Source: Desulfobacterales bacterium
GTDB taxonomy: Bacteria > Desulfobacterota > Desulfobacteria > Desulfobacterales > JAABRJ01
DNA length: 58,650 nt
NCBI GenBank assembly: GCA_046481705.1
Contig: JAWOJK010000331.1
Coordinates: 1 to 58,650 of the forward strand
Direction of reading: 5' to 3'
Below are positions 29,593-39,755 of this stretch, in pieces (positions within the stretch are counted from its first letter, which is position 1; each line of letters opens with the position of its first letter). The notes below the pieces were generated by a model that was not told the origin of the DNA, did not search any database, and saw only the letters and a list, made by a program, of their open reading frames with translations. The translations under genes and the position numbers were made by a program.

Positions 29593-29623
29593 GGGCAAGA
29601 GGCCGTCGCTGGGCCTCTTGCCC
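29593..29623. other. Perfect 12-bp GC-rich hairpin with no U-tract
   Basis: gggcaagaggcc gtcgctg ggcctcttgccc, in the DHS-like/fmdB intergenic region. Confidence 0.4.
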
Positions 29624-29679
29624 GTGCACCTGTTCCTCTGCGCGCAAAAGGGTCCTATTTTTCTGAAGGAGACCAGCCC

Positions 29680-29910
29680 ATGCCGATCTACGAGTACCAC
29701 TGTCAAAAATGCGGCCATGACTTCGAATACCTGGTGATGGGCGGTGACCAGCCCGAGTGCCAGGCCTGTCACAGCAAGGAGGTCTGCCGCCTGATGTCCG
29801 CCTGTGGCTTTGTTTCAAAGGGCAGCGGCGGCCAGACGCTTAAAACCACCGCCGCGACCTCCTCCTGCAGTGGCTGCAGCGCCAGCAGCTGCGCCGGGTG
29901 CGGCCACTGA
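29680..29910 (+). CDS. FmdB-family zinc-ribbon protein
   Basis: MPIYEYHCQKCGHDFE....CQAC, with a Cys/Ser-rich tail. AGGAG RBS. Confidence 0.8.
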   Translation: MPIYEYHCQKCGHDFEYLVMGGDQPECQACHSKEVCRLMSACGFVSKGSGGQTLKTTAATSSCSGCSASSCAGCGH

Positions 29911-30842
29911 TGGGGCAAGCGATCGTCATCGGCACCCGCGGCAGCCAGCTGGCCCTGTGGCAGGCCAACTGGGTGCGTTGCGCCATCATTGAACGGTTTC
30001 CCGATGTGAGGGTCGAACTGCTGGTCATCAAGACCACGGGGGATAAAATCCTCGATGTGGCTCTGGCCAAAGTGGGCGGCAAGGGGCTTTTCGTCAAGGA
30101 AATCGAAGAGGCGCTGCTCGCCGGCCGGATCGACATGGCCGTCCACAGCATGAAGGACATGCCGGCCGATATCCCCGAGGGGCTTTGGATCGGCGCCGTG
30201 CCCGAGCGCGAAAACCCGTTGGACGTCCTGATCACGCGCCGCGGGGAGCGGCTTGCGGCGCTGCCCGCGGGCGCGCGGGTGGGCACCAGCAGCCTGCGCC
30301 GTGGGGCCCAGTTGCGCGCCCGGCGGCCCGACCTGCGGATCCGCACCCTGCGGGGCAATCTCGACACCCGCCTGCGCAAGCTGGCGGCCGATAATTTGGA
30401 TGCCATCGTTCTCGCCGCGGCCGGGGTGCACCGTCTGGGGCTGGCCGAGCGGGTGAGCGAATACCTCCCCGCGGAGGTGATGCTGCCGGCCGTGGGGCAG
30501 GGGGCGCTGTGCATCGAGGTGCGGCGGGAGGACCCCCTTACAGCCCCGCTGGCGGCCGCCCTGGACGATCCGGCGACCCGTACGGTGGTCACCCGGGAGC
30601 GGGCGTTGCTGAAACGCCTGGAAGGCGGCTGTCAGGTACCCATTGCGGCCCACGGCACCCTTGCGGGCGCGGTTTTTTCGCTAACCGGTCTGGTGGCGGA
30701 GGTCGACGGCCGGACCCTCATCCGTGAGACCCGCAGCGGTTCGGCCGCCGTGCCGGAAACCGTCGGAATTCAACTGGCAGAGCACCTGCTGGCGCTCGGG
30801 GCCAAAGAGATCCTGGACAAACTGAAACGGGAAGGCCATTGA
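29910..30842 (+). CDS. hemC: Hydroxymethylbilane synthase (porphobilinogen deaminase)
   Basis: IVIGTRGSQLALWQA, RGNLDTRL, GGCQVPI. The ATG overlaps the fmdB stop (TGATG). Confidence 0.9.
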   Translation: MGQAIVIGTRGSQLALWQANWVRCAIIERFPDVRVELLVIKTTGDKILDVALAKVGGKGLFVKEIEEALLAGRIDMAVHSMKDMPADIPEGLWIGAVPERENPLDVLITRRGERLAALPAGARVGTSSLRRGAQLRARRPDLRIRTLRGNLDTRLRKLAADNLDAIVLAAAGVHRLGLAERVSEYLPAEVMLPAVGQGALCIEVRREDPLTAPLAAALDDPATRTVVTRERALLKRLEGGCQVPIAAHGTLAGAVFSLTGLVAEVDGRTLIRETRSGSAAVPETVGIQLAEHLLALGAKEILDKLKREGH

Positions 30843-30845
30843 CGC

Positions 30846-32366
30846 ATGAAGGCTAAAGTCTACCTGATCGGCGCCGGACCCGGCGACCCGGGCTTGATAA
30901 CGGTCAAGGGGCGTGAGTGCATCGCCGCGGCCGACATCGTCATTTACGACTACTTGGCCTCTCCCGCGCTGCTGCAGTTCGCGCGCGCGGACGCCGAGCT
31001 GATCTACGTGGGCAAAAAGGGGGGCGACCACACCCTGCCCCAGGAGGAGATCAACGCCCTGCTGGTGGCCAAGGCTGCCGGGGGTGCCGTGGTGGCGCGC
31101 CTCAAGGGGGGCGACCCATACATTTTCGGGCGCGGCGGCGAGGAGGCCGAAGTGCTGGTTTCGGCCGGGATCGCCTACGAGGTGGTCCCGGGGGTCACCT
31201 CCGCCATCGCTGCGCCGGCGTATGCCGGGATTCCGCTGACCCACCGGGATTTCACCTCCACCGTGGCCTTTGTCACCGGGCATGAAGACCCCACCAAAAC
31301 GGCCTCCAGCGTCGACTGGGAAGCCCTGGCGCGGGGCATCGGCACCCTGGTGTTCTTTATGGGGGTCAAAAACCTGCCCCACATCACGCGGCAGCTGACG
31401 GCCCACGGCATGTCGCCGGACAAGCCGGTGGCGGTGGTGCGTTGGGGGACAACTGCCGCCCAGCAGACCGTCACCGGTACCCTGGCGACCATCGAGGGTG
31501 CGGTTCGTGCGGCGGGCATCAAAGCCCCCGCCATCATCGTGGTCGGCGAGGTGGTGAGCCTGCGGGAAACCCTGCAGTGGTTCGAAAAACGGCCCCTGAT
31601 GGCCAAGACCGTCGTGGTCACCCGCGCCCGGGAGCAGGCCAGCGACCTGCTGCGCGCGCTTTCCGAGCTGGGGGCGGCCTGTCTGGAATGCCCCACGATT
31701 CAGGTGCTGGCGCCGGGCGACGCGGCCCCCCTGGAACGCGCCGTCGCCAACCTGGGATCCTATGACTGGATCGTTTTTACGAGCGTCAACGGCGTGCGCT
31801 TTTTCTTCGAGCGCCTCTTTGCACAGGGTCGTGACGTGCGTGCTCTGGGGCACCTGCGGACCGCCGCGATCGGCCCGGCCACGGCCGAACGGTTGCGGTC
31901 CTTCGGGCTGACCACCGACATTCTGCCCGACAGCTACCGGGCCGAGGCGGTTGCGGCGGCCTTTGCGCGCGAGGCCGTGCGCGGCAAAAAAATACTGCTG
32001 CCCCGCGCCCGCGAGGCCCGCTCGGTGCTGCCCGAGGCCCTGAAGACCCAGGGGGCCGTCGTCGATGAAGTGGTCGCCTATGAAACCATGGCGGTCGCGG
32101 ATTCGGCCGAAGCCCTGCTGCAGCGTCTGGAAAAACGGCAGATCGACCTGGTCACCTTTACCAGTTCCTCAACCGTCAAAAACTTCAAGGCGCTGCTGCC
32201 CGCGGCGGATTTTGAACGCCTGATGGCAGGGGTGACCGTCGCCAGCATCGGTCCGATCACCACCGAGACCGCCCGCGGGCTGGGGTTTGAGGTCCACATC
32301 AGTGCCCGGACATACACCATCCCCGGCTTGTGCGAAGCGATTCTGGCGTTCTACTCCCGGACCTGA
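30846..32366 (+). CDS. cobA: Fused uroporphyrinogen-III C-methyltransferase / uroporphyrinogen-III synthase
   Basis: N-terminus VYLIGAGPGDPGLITVKG...RLKGGDP (SUMT). The C-terminal 250 aa are HemD-like. Confidence 0.9.
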   Translation: MKAKVYLIGAGPGDPGLITVKGRECIAAADIVIYDYLASPALLQFARADAELIYVGKKGGDHTLPQEEINALLVAKAAGGAVVARLKGGDPYIFGRGGEEAEVLVSAGIAYEVVPGVTSAIAAPAYAGIPLTHRDFTSTVAFVTGHEDPTKTASSVDWEALARGIGTLVFFMGVKNLPHITRQLTAHGMSPDKPVAVVRWGTTAAQQTVTGTLATIEGAVRAAGIKAPAIIVVGEVVSLRETLQWFEKRPLMAKTVVVTRAREQASDLLRALSELGAACLECPTIQVLAPGDAAPLERAVANLGSYDWIVFTSVNGVRFFFERLFAQGRDVRALGHLRTAAIGPATAERLRSFGLTTDILPDSYRAEAVAAAFAREAVRGKKILLPRAREARSVLPEALKTQGAVVDEVVAYETMAVADSAEALLQRLEKRQIDLVTFTSSSTVKNFKALLPAADFERLMAGVTVASIGPITTETARGLGFEVHISARTYTIPGLCEAILAFYSRT

Positions 32367-32512
32367 CCCGGTTCCCACCCCGACGGGGGCACCCTCTTGA
32401 CGGCGCCTGTTGCCTGCCGGCCAGCGCCCGGTGCAAGTGCCTGGGGGTATGGGGCTGATAATTAACCCGACCGCGGCGCATGCGTATCCCGGCAACGCCA
32501 GCAGAGGGCGCC

Positions 32513-33682
32513 ATGACCAGCTACCTGGACGAACTTTCGACGTCTGTCGAGACCATTGCGGCCTTCAAGGAAAGTATTCTGACCAACATCGTGCTGCTGG
32601 GGCAGATTCCGGCCCCGACCTTCAAGGAAAAACAGCGGGCGGCCGCTTTTCTTGAACGACTGGCGGAATTTCAGGTGGATGAGTGCACCTTTGACGGTTA
32701 CCGCAACCCCATCGGGATCATCCGCGGCGCGGCGCGGAGCAAACCGCCGATTTTTATGGTTGCCCACCTGGACACCTTCTTCCCCGGGGACATCGATCAC
32801 AATTTCAGCGTTCAGCGCAACACCATCTCGGGCCCGGGCGTGACCGACAACTCGGTCGGCGTCGGGGTGCTGGCCGCGATGCCCGAAATCTTCCGGCGGC
32901 TCAACCTGCGCTTTCAGTCCGACATCGTTCTGGCGGGCGTGATTCAGTCCCTGGGGCGGGGCAACCTGCGGGGGGTTCGGCACCTGCTGAAAACCTGGCC
33001 GACCCCTATCCGCGGGGCGGTTGTGGTGGAGGGTACCGAACTGGGGTGCCTGAATTATTCTGCAGACGGCATGATCCGCTGTGACGTCAATTGCCGGGTT
33101 GCGCCTGAAAACCGGGCCGAGCAGCGCTTTAAACCCAACGCCATTCTGGTGCTGAACGAGGTCATCAACCAGCTGTTGCAGCTGCGGCTGCCTCAGCGGC
33201 CAAGGGCCCGGGTGATCATCGGTAAAATTGAGGGCGGCCTCCAGCACGGCCTGATCGCCTACAGCGCCACCCTCGGCTTCGAGATCCAGAGCGGCGCCGA
33301 CCGCATGGTTCGGCAGGTATTCGACGACATCCAGGACATCGTGGACGGTATCGGGCACGAGCACCAGGTGGACCTGACGCTCAACACCATCAGCAACATC
33401 AAGGCCTCCCGGCTGCCCTATCGGCACCCGCTGGTCAAAAGCACGGTGGCGGTCATGAAGGCCCTCAACCTCAAGCCCCTCAGCGAACCCAGCGAGTCGG
33501 AACTCTCGATTTTTCTCTCCCGCAGGATCCCCGCCGTCACCGTGGCCCTCACCCACGGGCAGAATTTCCACCGTGAGGACGCGACCATCGAAATCGCGCC
33601 CCTGTTCACCGGCATCGCACAGGTGGTCGGCATCATCCGGGCGATTGACAGCGGAGTGTGCGACGATGAAAAGCTGGCTTGA
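32513..33682 (+). CDS. M20/M25/M40-family metallopeptidase or deacylase
   Basis: MVAHLDTFFPG...GPGVTDNSVGVG metal-ligand pattern. The start is uncertain (32480 or 32513). Confidence 0.6.
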   Translation: MTSYLDELSTSVETIAAFKESILTNIVLLGQIPAPTFKEKQRAAAFLERLAEFQVDECTFDGYRNPIGIIRGAARSKPPIFMVAHLDTFFPGDIDHNFSVQRNTISGPGVTDNSVGVGVLAAMPEIFRRLNLRFQSDIVLAGVIQSLGRGNLRGVRHLLKTWPTPIRGAVVVEGTELGCLNYSADGMIRCDVNCRVAPENRAEQRFKPNAILVLNEVINQLLQLRLPQRPRARVIIGKIEGGLQHGLIAYSATLGFEIQSGADRMVRQVFDDIQDIVDGIGHEHQVDLTLNTISNIKASRLPYRHPLVKSTVAVMKALNLKPLSEPSESELSIFLSRRIPAVTVALTHGQNFHREDATIEIAPLFTGIAQVVGIIRAIDSGVCDDEKLA

Positions 33683-34643
33683 AAGCAATACCTTTCACTA
33701 CTCGGCCTTCAGTGATCTCGATCAGCTGGTGGCGGTCAAGGAACGTAAAAATCTCTCCATCTCGCTTTGCCTGCCGACCCTCAACGAGGAAAAGACCATC
33801 GCCAAGGAGATCGTGATTTTGAAATCGGAACTCATGACCCGGCGACCGTTGATCGACGAAATCGTCGTGGTCGATTCGGGGTCCACCGACAACACCCTCG
33901 AGGTGGCGGCCGCCTACGGGGCGGACGTATACAGCGCCGCGGCGATCCTGCCGCATCTGGAGCCTTTTCGCGGCAAGGGCGAAAACCTCTGGAAGGCGCT
34001 TTACATCACCCGCGGCGATATTATCGTGTACCTCGACGCGGATATCAAAAATATCCACCACCGTTTTGCCTACGGCCTGATCGGCCCCCTGTTGATGTCC
34101 GATACCATCAAGTACAGCAAGGCCTTTTACGACCGCCCGATTGCCATCGGTAAAAACAAGATCCGACCCACCGGCGGCGGCCGGGTGACCGAACTGGTGA
34201 TTCGCCCGCTTTTTTCCCTTTTCTTTCCGGAACTGACCCAGATCCTGCAGCCGCTCTCAGGGGAGTATGCCGGCTACCGGGAAGTGTTCGAAAAGATCCC
34301 TTTCCCCATCGGCTACGCGGTTGAAACCACGATGATCCTGGATATTTTTCAGCAGTGGGGGCTGGCGGTGATCGCCCAGGTGGATCTTGAAAAGCGCATT
34401 CACCGCAACCAGGATACCCGGGCCCTGGGCAAAATGGCCTTCGTCATTCTGAAAACCTTCTGCCAGCGGCTTCAGGAAATGGGGCTGATGGACTGCCGCA
34501 ATGAGATCCACAACGAAATGATCCAGTACAATCTCGTGCGGACCGAATACCAGCCGGATATTTTTCGGATCGAAGGATTGGAGCGGCCGCCGATCATCGA
34601 AATTCCAGAGTACCGCGCCAAGTTCAAACCTCGCGCGGCATGA
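33666..34643 (+). CDS. gpgS: Glucosyl-3-phosphoglycerate synthase (GT81)
   Basis: ISLCLPTLNEEKTI, VVDSGSTDNT, GKGENLWK, YLDADI, GGGRVTEL, QPLSGEYAG, QVDLEKRIHRNQ. Confidence 0.8.
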   Translation: MKSWLESNTFHYSAFSDLDQLVAVKERKNLSISLCLPTLNEEKTIAKEIVILKSELMTRRPLIDEIVVVDSGSTDNTLEVAAAYGADVYSAAAILPHLEPFRGKGENLWKALYITRGDIIVYLDADIKNIHHRFAYGLIGPLLMSDTIKYSKAFYDRPIAIGKNKIRPTGGGRVTELVIRPLFSLFFPELTQILQPLSGEYAGYREVFEKIPFPIGYAVETTMILDIFQQWGLAVIAQVDLEKRIHRNQDTRALGKMAFVILKTFCQRLQEMGLMDCRNEIHNEMIQYNLVRTEYQPDIFRIEGLERPPIIEIPEYRAKFKPRAA

Positions 34644-34699
34644 AAGTGGCGCCGCCCGCAGACGCCCAACCAGAAAGGATGCGAATCCCTTTGGGTGCT

Positions 34700-35683
34700 A
34701 TGAAACTCGTCGACCCCCACAACCGCCACCTGAGCTACCTGCGGGTGTCCATCACCGATCGTTGCAACCTGCGCTGCATCTACTGTGTGCCGCCGGACGG
34801 GATCCCCAAACTCCCGCACCTCGAAATCCTGCGTTACGAGGAGATCCTGCGGGTGATCCGGGTAGGGGTTGGGATGGGGATCACCAAGGTGCGCGTGACC
34901 GGCGGCGAGCCGCTGGTCCGCCAGGGGGTTTACGATTTTCTGCGGGAGCTTAACCGCATGCCAGGCCTGGAGGATGTGTCGCTGACCACCAACGGCGTGC
35001 TGCTCAAGGCGAACATCGAGCGCCTGTGGCAGGCCGGTGTCCGGCGGCTCAACATCAGCCTCGACACCCTGAGCCGTGAGAAATACCACCGGATAACAGG
35101 GGCTGATCAGTTTGACACCGTCTGGGAGGGCATCAAGCTGGCACTCGAGGCCGGTTTTACGCCCATCAAGATCAACGCCGTGGCCCTGATCGGCGTCAAT
35201 GACGACGAATTGCTGGCGCTGGCGCGCCTGTCGCTGGCCTACCCCTTCCACATCCGCTTTATCGAGTTTATGCCCATCGGCAAATCCCGCCTGAACACCG
35301 ACCAGCTGCTGTTGACGGCCGAAATCAGACGCCGCATCAGTGCGCTCGGATCGCTGGTCCCCGTCAGCCAAGGCGTTTTCGACGGGCCTGCGCGGCGCTT
35401 CCGCTTCGCCGGTGCCCCCGGCGAAATCGGCTTTATCAGCGCTCTCAGCCACCATTTCTGCGCGCACTGCAATCGCCTGCGCCTGACTGCCAGCGGGCAG
35501 CTGCGCCCCTGCCTGCTCGCCGACCACCACGAGGATATGAAAACCGCGCTGCGGCGGGGATGCAGCGACCGCGAGCTGGCCGAGATCTTTGTGGCGGCTG
35601 TGCGGCGCAAGCCGATCGATCACTGCCTGGCAGTCGACCATCCCGCTCGGGTGAGCGGTCAGATGTGTTCCATCGGGGGGTAG
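34700..35683 (+). CDS. moaA: GTP 3',8-cyclase MoaA (radical SAM)
   Basis: YLRVSITDRCNLRCIYC, GGEPL, C-terminal CxxCNRLRLT. An alternative start at 34640 overlaps the gpgS stop. Confidence 0.9.
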   Translation: MKLVDPHNRHLSYLRVSITDRCNLRCIYCVPPDGIPKLPHLEILRYEEILRVIRVGVGMGITKVRVTGGEPLVRQGVYDFLRELNRMPGLEDVSLTTNGVLLKANIERLWQAGVRRLNISLDTLSREKYHRITGADQFDTVWEGIKLALEAGFTPIKINAVALIGVNDDELLALARLSLAYPFHIRFIEFMPIGKSRLNTDQLLLTAEIRRRISALGSLVPVSQGVFDGPARRFRFAGAPGEIGFISALSHHFCAHCNRLRLTASGQLRPCLLADHHEDMKTALRRGCSDRELAEIFVAAVRRKPIDHCLAVDHPARVSGQMCSIGG

Positions 35684-35939
35684 CGGCTGGAAAAAAGAGG
35701 CCCGGACCGCAGAAGTGGAGGCTACGTTTTCTCGCACAAGTCCTTTGGCGGCCCGGGCCGTTGACCGCTCGCGCCCGGGGCCGGCTGGGTGACAGCGGGT
35801 ATCGCCATAACGGCCCCTGGTGTGCGGCGGCAGACAACCCGTTTATCAGCTCGCGCGTCGGGAATCAAGCATTTTCAATTGCCGCCCATTCATCCCGGAT
35901 GGCAGCGGCGTAGGTGCGGTGGATACGGTTTCAGGCATC

Positions 35940-36410
35940 TCACGATCGCAGGGTGGCGGTCAGCCGCAGGGGGTGCGTCAGAAGCGCCAAGGCATCGCGG
36001 ATATCGGTGCAGACGATATCGGCGGCCAGCAGGGTTTCAACTGCCGTCCCTTCGGCGAGCATGACGGCGATCCCCAGGGCGGCGGACCGCAGCATGCGGC
36101 GGTCGTTGCGGCCGTTGCCGATGCAGGCGGTTTGGGCCGCACCCAGCTGCTGCACGTAGCGGTCTTTGCCCAGGTCCTGGTCACCCGGGGGAAGAGTCGC
36201 AAAACGGCACGCCACCCCCTCAAGCTGGCTGCGGGCGGTGCCGAAGGTGTCGGCCGTGATCACATGTACGGTCAGCTCGCGGCCGAGGTCGGAGAGCAGT
36301 TGCTTGACGCCGGGAAGCAACTGTCCGTCGACTGCCAGGGTGCCGTTAAAGTCCAATACCAGATGGGCGATCTCCAGTTGGCCGAAACCCGGGATGGCGG
36401 TTTGAATCAT
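35940..36410 (-). CDS. Small HAD-superfamily hydrolase (soluble P-type-ATPase-like, COG4087 type)
   Basis: LVLDFNGTL (DxxGT motif I), ITADT, GNGRNDRRML (motif III). Only the last 156 codons of the 611-aa track ORF are real; the rest is antisense to dapL. Confidence 0.6.
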   Translation of the reverse strand: MIQTAIPGFGQLEIAHLVLDFNGTLAVDGQLLPGVKQLLSDLGRELTVHVITADTFGTARSQLEGVACRFATLPPGDQDLGKDRYVQQLGAAQTACIGNGRNDRRMLRSAALGIAVMLAEGTAVETLLAADIVCTDIRDALALLTHPLRLTATLRS

Positions 36411-36501
36411 GGGCGCTCCTGTTTTTGACGGGTCGGGGCGGCAAAACGCCGGGTGTCTCGCGCCCTTAGCACATTCCACAGACGGGCGCAATCTGCGGCG
36501 A

Positions 36502-36530
36502 TTGACAGCATGCAGGCTTTCCTTTATAGT
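36502..36530 (+). promoter_or_regulatory. Near-consensus sigma-70 promoter TTGACA-N17-TATAGT for dapL
   Basis: ttgaca at 36502-36507 and tatagt at 36525-36530, 58 nt before the dapL ATG. Confidence 0.5.
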
Positions 36531-36587
36531 CGCCGGCCAAAAACGGGCGGGTCGGGTGGCCGCGAACGTCTTTGCCGGAGGTGTTTT

Positions 36588-37814
36588 ATGATCAGGATCA
36601 ACGAGCATTACCTGAAGCTGCAGTCTTCCTATCTTTTCTCGGAAATCGCCAAGCGGGTGAGGGCCTACCAGGCGGCGCATCCCGAACAGCAGCTCATCAA
36701 GCTGGGCATCGGTGATGTCACCTGCGCGCTGCCCCCGGCCTGTATCCGGGCGTTGCATGCGGCCGTGGACGAAATGGGCGCGGAGAGCACCTTCCGGGGT
36801 TACGGACCCGAGCAGGGCTACCCGTTCCTGCGGGACAAAATTGCGCGCTTCGATTTCCAGGCGCGCGGGGCCGACATCCAGCCCGATGAGATTTTTGTCA
36901 GCGACGGCGCCAAATGCGACACCGGCAACATCCAGGAGCTGTTTGCGACGGATGTCCGCATCGCCATCCCCGACCCGGTTTACCCCGTGTATGTGGACAC
37001 CAACGTCATGGCCGGCCGCAGCGGCCGATTCGAAGCCGATCGTTACGGGGGAATGGTTTACCTGGAGAGCACGGCCGATAACGGTTTTATCCCCGCGCTG
37101 CCGGAAGTGGCGGTGGACCTGATTTACCTGTGCTTCCCCAACAACCCCACCGGGGCCACCATCACCCGCGCGCAACTGGCCGAATGGGTCGCCTATGCCC
37201 GTGAAAACCGGGCCCTGATTCTGTTTGATGCCGCCTACGAGGCCTTTATCCGCGACGATGCGCTGCCCCATTCGATTTACGAGGTTCCAGGGGCCCGCCA
37301 GGTGGCCATCGAGTTTCGCAGCTACTCCAAAACCGCCGGCTTTACCGGCACCCGCTGCGCCTACACGGTGGTGCCCCGCGACTGCATGGCCTATGACCGC
37401 GAGGGGCACGCCCACAGCCTGCACGCCCTCTGGAACCGGCGCCATACCACCAAATTCAACGGGGTTTCCTATCCGGTCCAGCGCGCGGCCGAGGCCGTCT
37501 ACACCGCCGAAGGCCAGCGCGAGATCCACGCCCTGATCGATGCTTATCTGCAAAATGCGGCCCTCATCCGCCAGGAGATGGACGCGCTGGGCTACCGCTG
37601 CGTCGGGGGCGAGAACGCCCCCTATATCTGGGTGGCCGGCCAGAGGGACTCGTGGGACTTTTTCGATCTCCTGCTGAAAAAAGCCGGGGTGGTCTGCACG
37701 CCGGGAGCCGGCTTCGGCAGGTGCGGCCAGGGCTATATTCGCATCAGCGCTTTCAACAGCTTCGACAACGTCCAAAAGGCCATGCGGCGAATCCGGACGG
37801 CCCTGACCGAATGA
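36588..37814 (+). CDS. dapL: LL-diaminopimelate aminotransferase
   Basis: [73 protein letters not shown]. Confidence 0.9.
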   Translation: MIRINEHYLKLQSSYLFSEIAKRVRAYQAAHPEQQLIKLGIGDVTCALPPACIRALHAAVDEMGAESTFRGYGPEQGYPFLRDKIARFDFQARGADIQPDEIFVSDGAKCDTGNIQELFATDVRIAIPDPVYPVYVDTNVMAGRSGRFEADRYGGMVYLESTADNGFIPALPEVAVDLIYLCFPNNPTGATITRAQLAEWVAYARENRALILFDAAYEAFIRDDALPHSIYEVPGARQVAIEFRSYSKTAGFTGTRCAYTVVPRDCMAYDREGHAHSLHALWNRRHTTKFNGVSYPVQRAAEAVYTAEGQREIHALIDAYLQNAALIRQEMDALGYRCVGGENAPYIWVAGQRDSWDFFDLLLKKAGVVCTPGAGFGRCGQGYIRISAFNSFDNVQKAMRRIRTALTE

Positions 37815-37841
37815 ACCGGCCGCGGTGCCGCCGGCCAGCCT

Positions 37842-39290
37842 TCACGGCGCGGCTTGCGGTGTTTTGCGCTTCACCACGTAGGTGATTTTGACGTGCCCGC
37901 GGCTGTCGGCCGCCAGGCGCAGGGAGGGCGGGGTCAGCGCCAGATTGGCTGTGAGGCTGCCGCTCTCCCGGATGTCGTCCAGGGGCAGCGGCTCCGTGTA
38001 GACCGTTCCGATGTTTTTGACCATCAGGCTGCCGCCGTAAACCCTGACGGTCGCCGGCGTGAGCGTTGCCGATACCATGATCAGGTTGGCCGGCAGATTC
38101 CCGACCCAGTCGATCTGCACCGGCAACTCCTTTTGCACCATCGCATCCAGGACCACCGTGATCGTGGCAGGGTCCACGCGTTCGATCACGATGCCGGGGG
38201 GCAGGCGGATGTCGTTCTGCGCAATGGTGAAACTGTTGCTGCCGATCTGGCTGTTGGCGAGATTGATCCTCACCGCCACCTGCTCGGGGCGGATGTTGCG
38301 GATCAGGGCGTCGGCGCCGGTGAGGTTCAGGCGCAACTTGTCGGCGGAAGTGCTCAGGATCTCCATCTCGGGGGAGCGGTTGAGATACTGGATGGGAATC
38401 TCCAGCGTTACCAGCGACTCCTGGCCCCGGGAAAAGCTGAACCAGATGCCGATGACGAAAAGAACGGACACCAGGGCCGCGATCCCCAACTCCCGTTTTT
38501 CCCGCCGGGAATGCCGGGCCATGCTTTTCGCCCCGCCCAGATGGCTGTGCAGCGCATCGGCCAACTCCTCCATGCGCTGGATTTCCACCAAATGCCCGTT
38601 TCGGGCCACGGTCACATTGCCGCGCTCCTCGGATACGATGATGACCATCGCATCGGTAAGCTCGCTTAACCCCAGACCGGCCCGGTGACGGGTGCCGTAG
38701 TATGACGGCAGTCCTTTGTTGCGTGACAGCGGCAGGATGGCGCCCACCTCCCGGACCCGACTGCCCTGGAGGATAACAGCGCCGTCGTGCACCGGGTTGT
38801 CGGGCCAGAAGATGCTGAGGAGCATCTCTTTGGATACTTGGCCGTTCCAGGGAATGCCGGCGTGGACCACCTCCTCGAGGCTGTCGCCGGCCGGCAGGAC
38901 GATCAGGGCACCGGTGTGGGTGCGGCTCAGTTCATAGACGGTTTCCAGCAGCACCTCGACCGGGGTGTCGGGCGTTTTGCGGGCAAATTCCCACAGCAGC
39001 GACTTGAGGGTTTTGGCATGCAGGACGCTGCCGATTTCGTTGCGGAACACCACGATAATGATGATGGCCGCCACGGCGGTGATGGCCTGGATCGCCCAGC
39101 TGGTCACGATCAGGCCGACAGACACCGCGATGCGCTGGCTGAACCACAGCAGGACGATGCCGATCAGAACGCGAAAGGCGTTGGTTCCCCGGAAAATGAC
39201 GTAGAAACGGAAGAGGATATAGCTGTTGAGGATGATGTCGATGAGGTCCTGCCAGCGGATGCTGGCGAGTAGAAACAGTAGATTTTTCAT
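37842..39290 (-). CDS. cdaA: Diadenylate cyclase CdaA fused to a TM segment and YbbR-like (CdaR-type) repeats
   Basis: 3 N-terminal TM segments. DAC motifs HDGAVI and GTRHRAG. Then a TM helix (IAALVSVLFVIGIWF) and about 200 aa of beta-rich YbbR-like repeats. Confidence 0.8.
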   Translation of the reverse strand: MKNLLFLLASIRWQDLIDIILNSYILFRFYVIFRGTNAFRVLIGIVLLWFSQRIAVSVGLIVTSWAIQAITAVAAIIIIVVFRNEIGSVLHAKTLKSLLWEFARKTPDTPVEVLLETVYELSRTHTGALIVLPAGDSLEEVVHAGIPWNGQVSKEMLLSIFWPDNPVHDGAVILQGSRVREVGAILPLSRNKGLPSYYGTRHRAGLGLSELTDAMVIIVSEERGNVTVARNGHLVEIQRMEELADALHSHLGGAKSMARHSRREKRELGIAALVSVLFVIGIWFSFSRGQESLVTLEIPIQYLNRSPEMEILSTSADKLRLNLTGADALIRNIRPEQVAVRINLANSQIGSNSFTIAQNDIRLPPGIVIERVDPATITVVLDAMVQKELPVQIDWVGNLPANLIMVSATLTPATVRVYGGSLMVKNIGTVYTEPLPLDDIRESGSLTANLALTPPSLRLAADSRGHVKITYVVKRKTPQAAP

Positions 39291-39296
39291 GGGCGA

Positions 39297-39755
39297 TCAG
39301 TCGGTGATGCTGAACCGCAGGACATGGAAGATGTTGCCGTCCGGGTCGGTGATGAACACGTGCCAGGGGCCCTTGTCCTCCTCGCGCAGCTGGATGCTGC
39401 TGTAGGTCGACCAGCGCGGCGGCTGGAGGTCCAGCTTGACCCTTTTGCACAGTTTGTCCCGACAGTACCAGTCGTGATAGATGAAGGTCTTTTCGACGAC
39501 CGGATCGAAGGTGTTGAAACAGAATATTTTGCCGAGGGTGATGGGAAAGACTACGGCCGGGTTGACGGGGGCGAAGTTTTGAATGTCCTCGCTCATGACC
39601 GCCCGGAGCAGTGCCGTGGATCCTTGCGGCAGGTCAGCCTCGTTTTCGGCGGCTGCCGGGCGCAGGCTTCCCAGTGCCACCAACAGCGCCAGCATCAGAA
39701 TGGCGCCTTTGGGCGGCCCTGCAGCCGCTGTCTGGGGGGAGTGGCGTGCAAACAT
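39297..39755 (-). CDS. Secreted DUF2914-like protein
   Basis: Signal peptide. C-terminal pattern HDWY...RWSTYSS...GPWHVFITDPDGNIF. Ends 6 nt upstream of the cdaA fusion. Confidence 0.5.
   Translation of the reverse strand: MFARHSPQTAAAGPPKGAILMLALLVALGSLRPAAAENEADLPQGSTALLRAVMSEDIQNFAPVNPAVVFPITLGKIFCFNTFDPVVEKTFIYHDWYCRDKLCKRVKLDLQPPRWSTYSSIQLREEDKGPWHVFITDPDGNIFHVLRFSITD

Noticed and set aside
35940-37775. 611-aa minus-strand ORF
   Set aside because: Only the last 156 codons (35940-36410, a HAD hydrolase with DxxGT and GNGRND motifs) look real. The rest is antisense to dapL, has Arg/Gly/Pro/Ala-rich shadow composition, and dapL carries unmistakable motifs.
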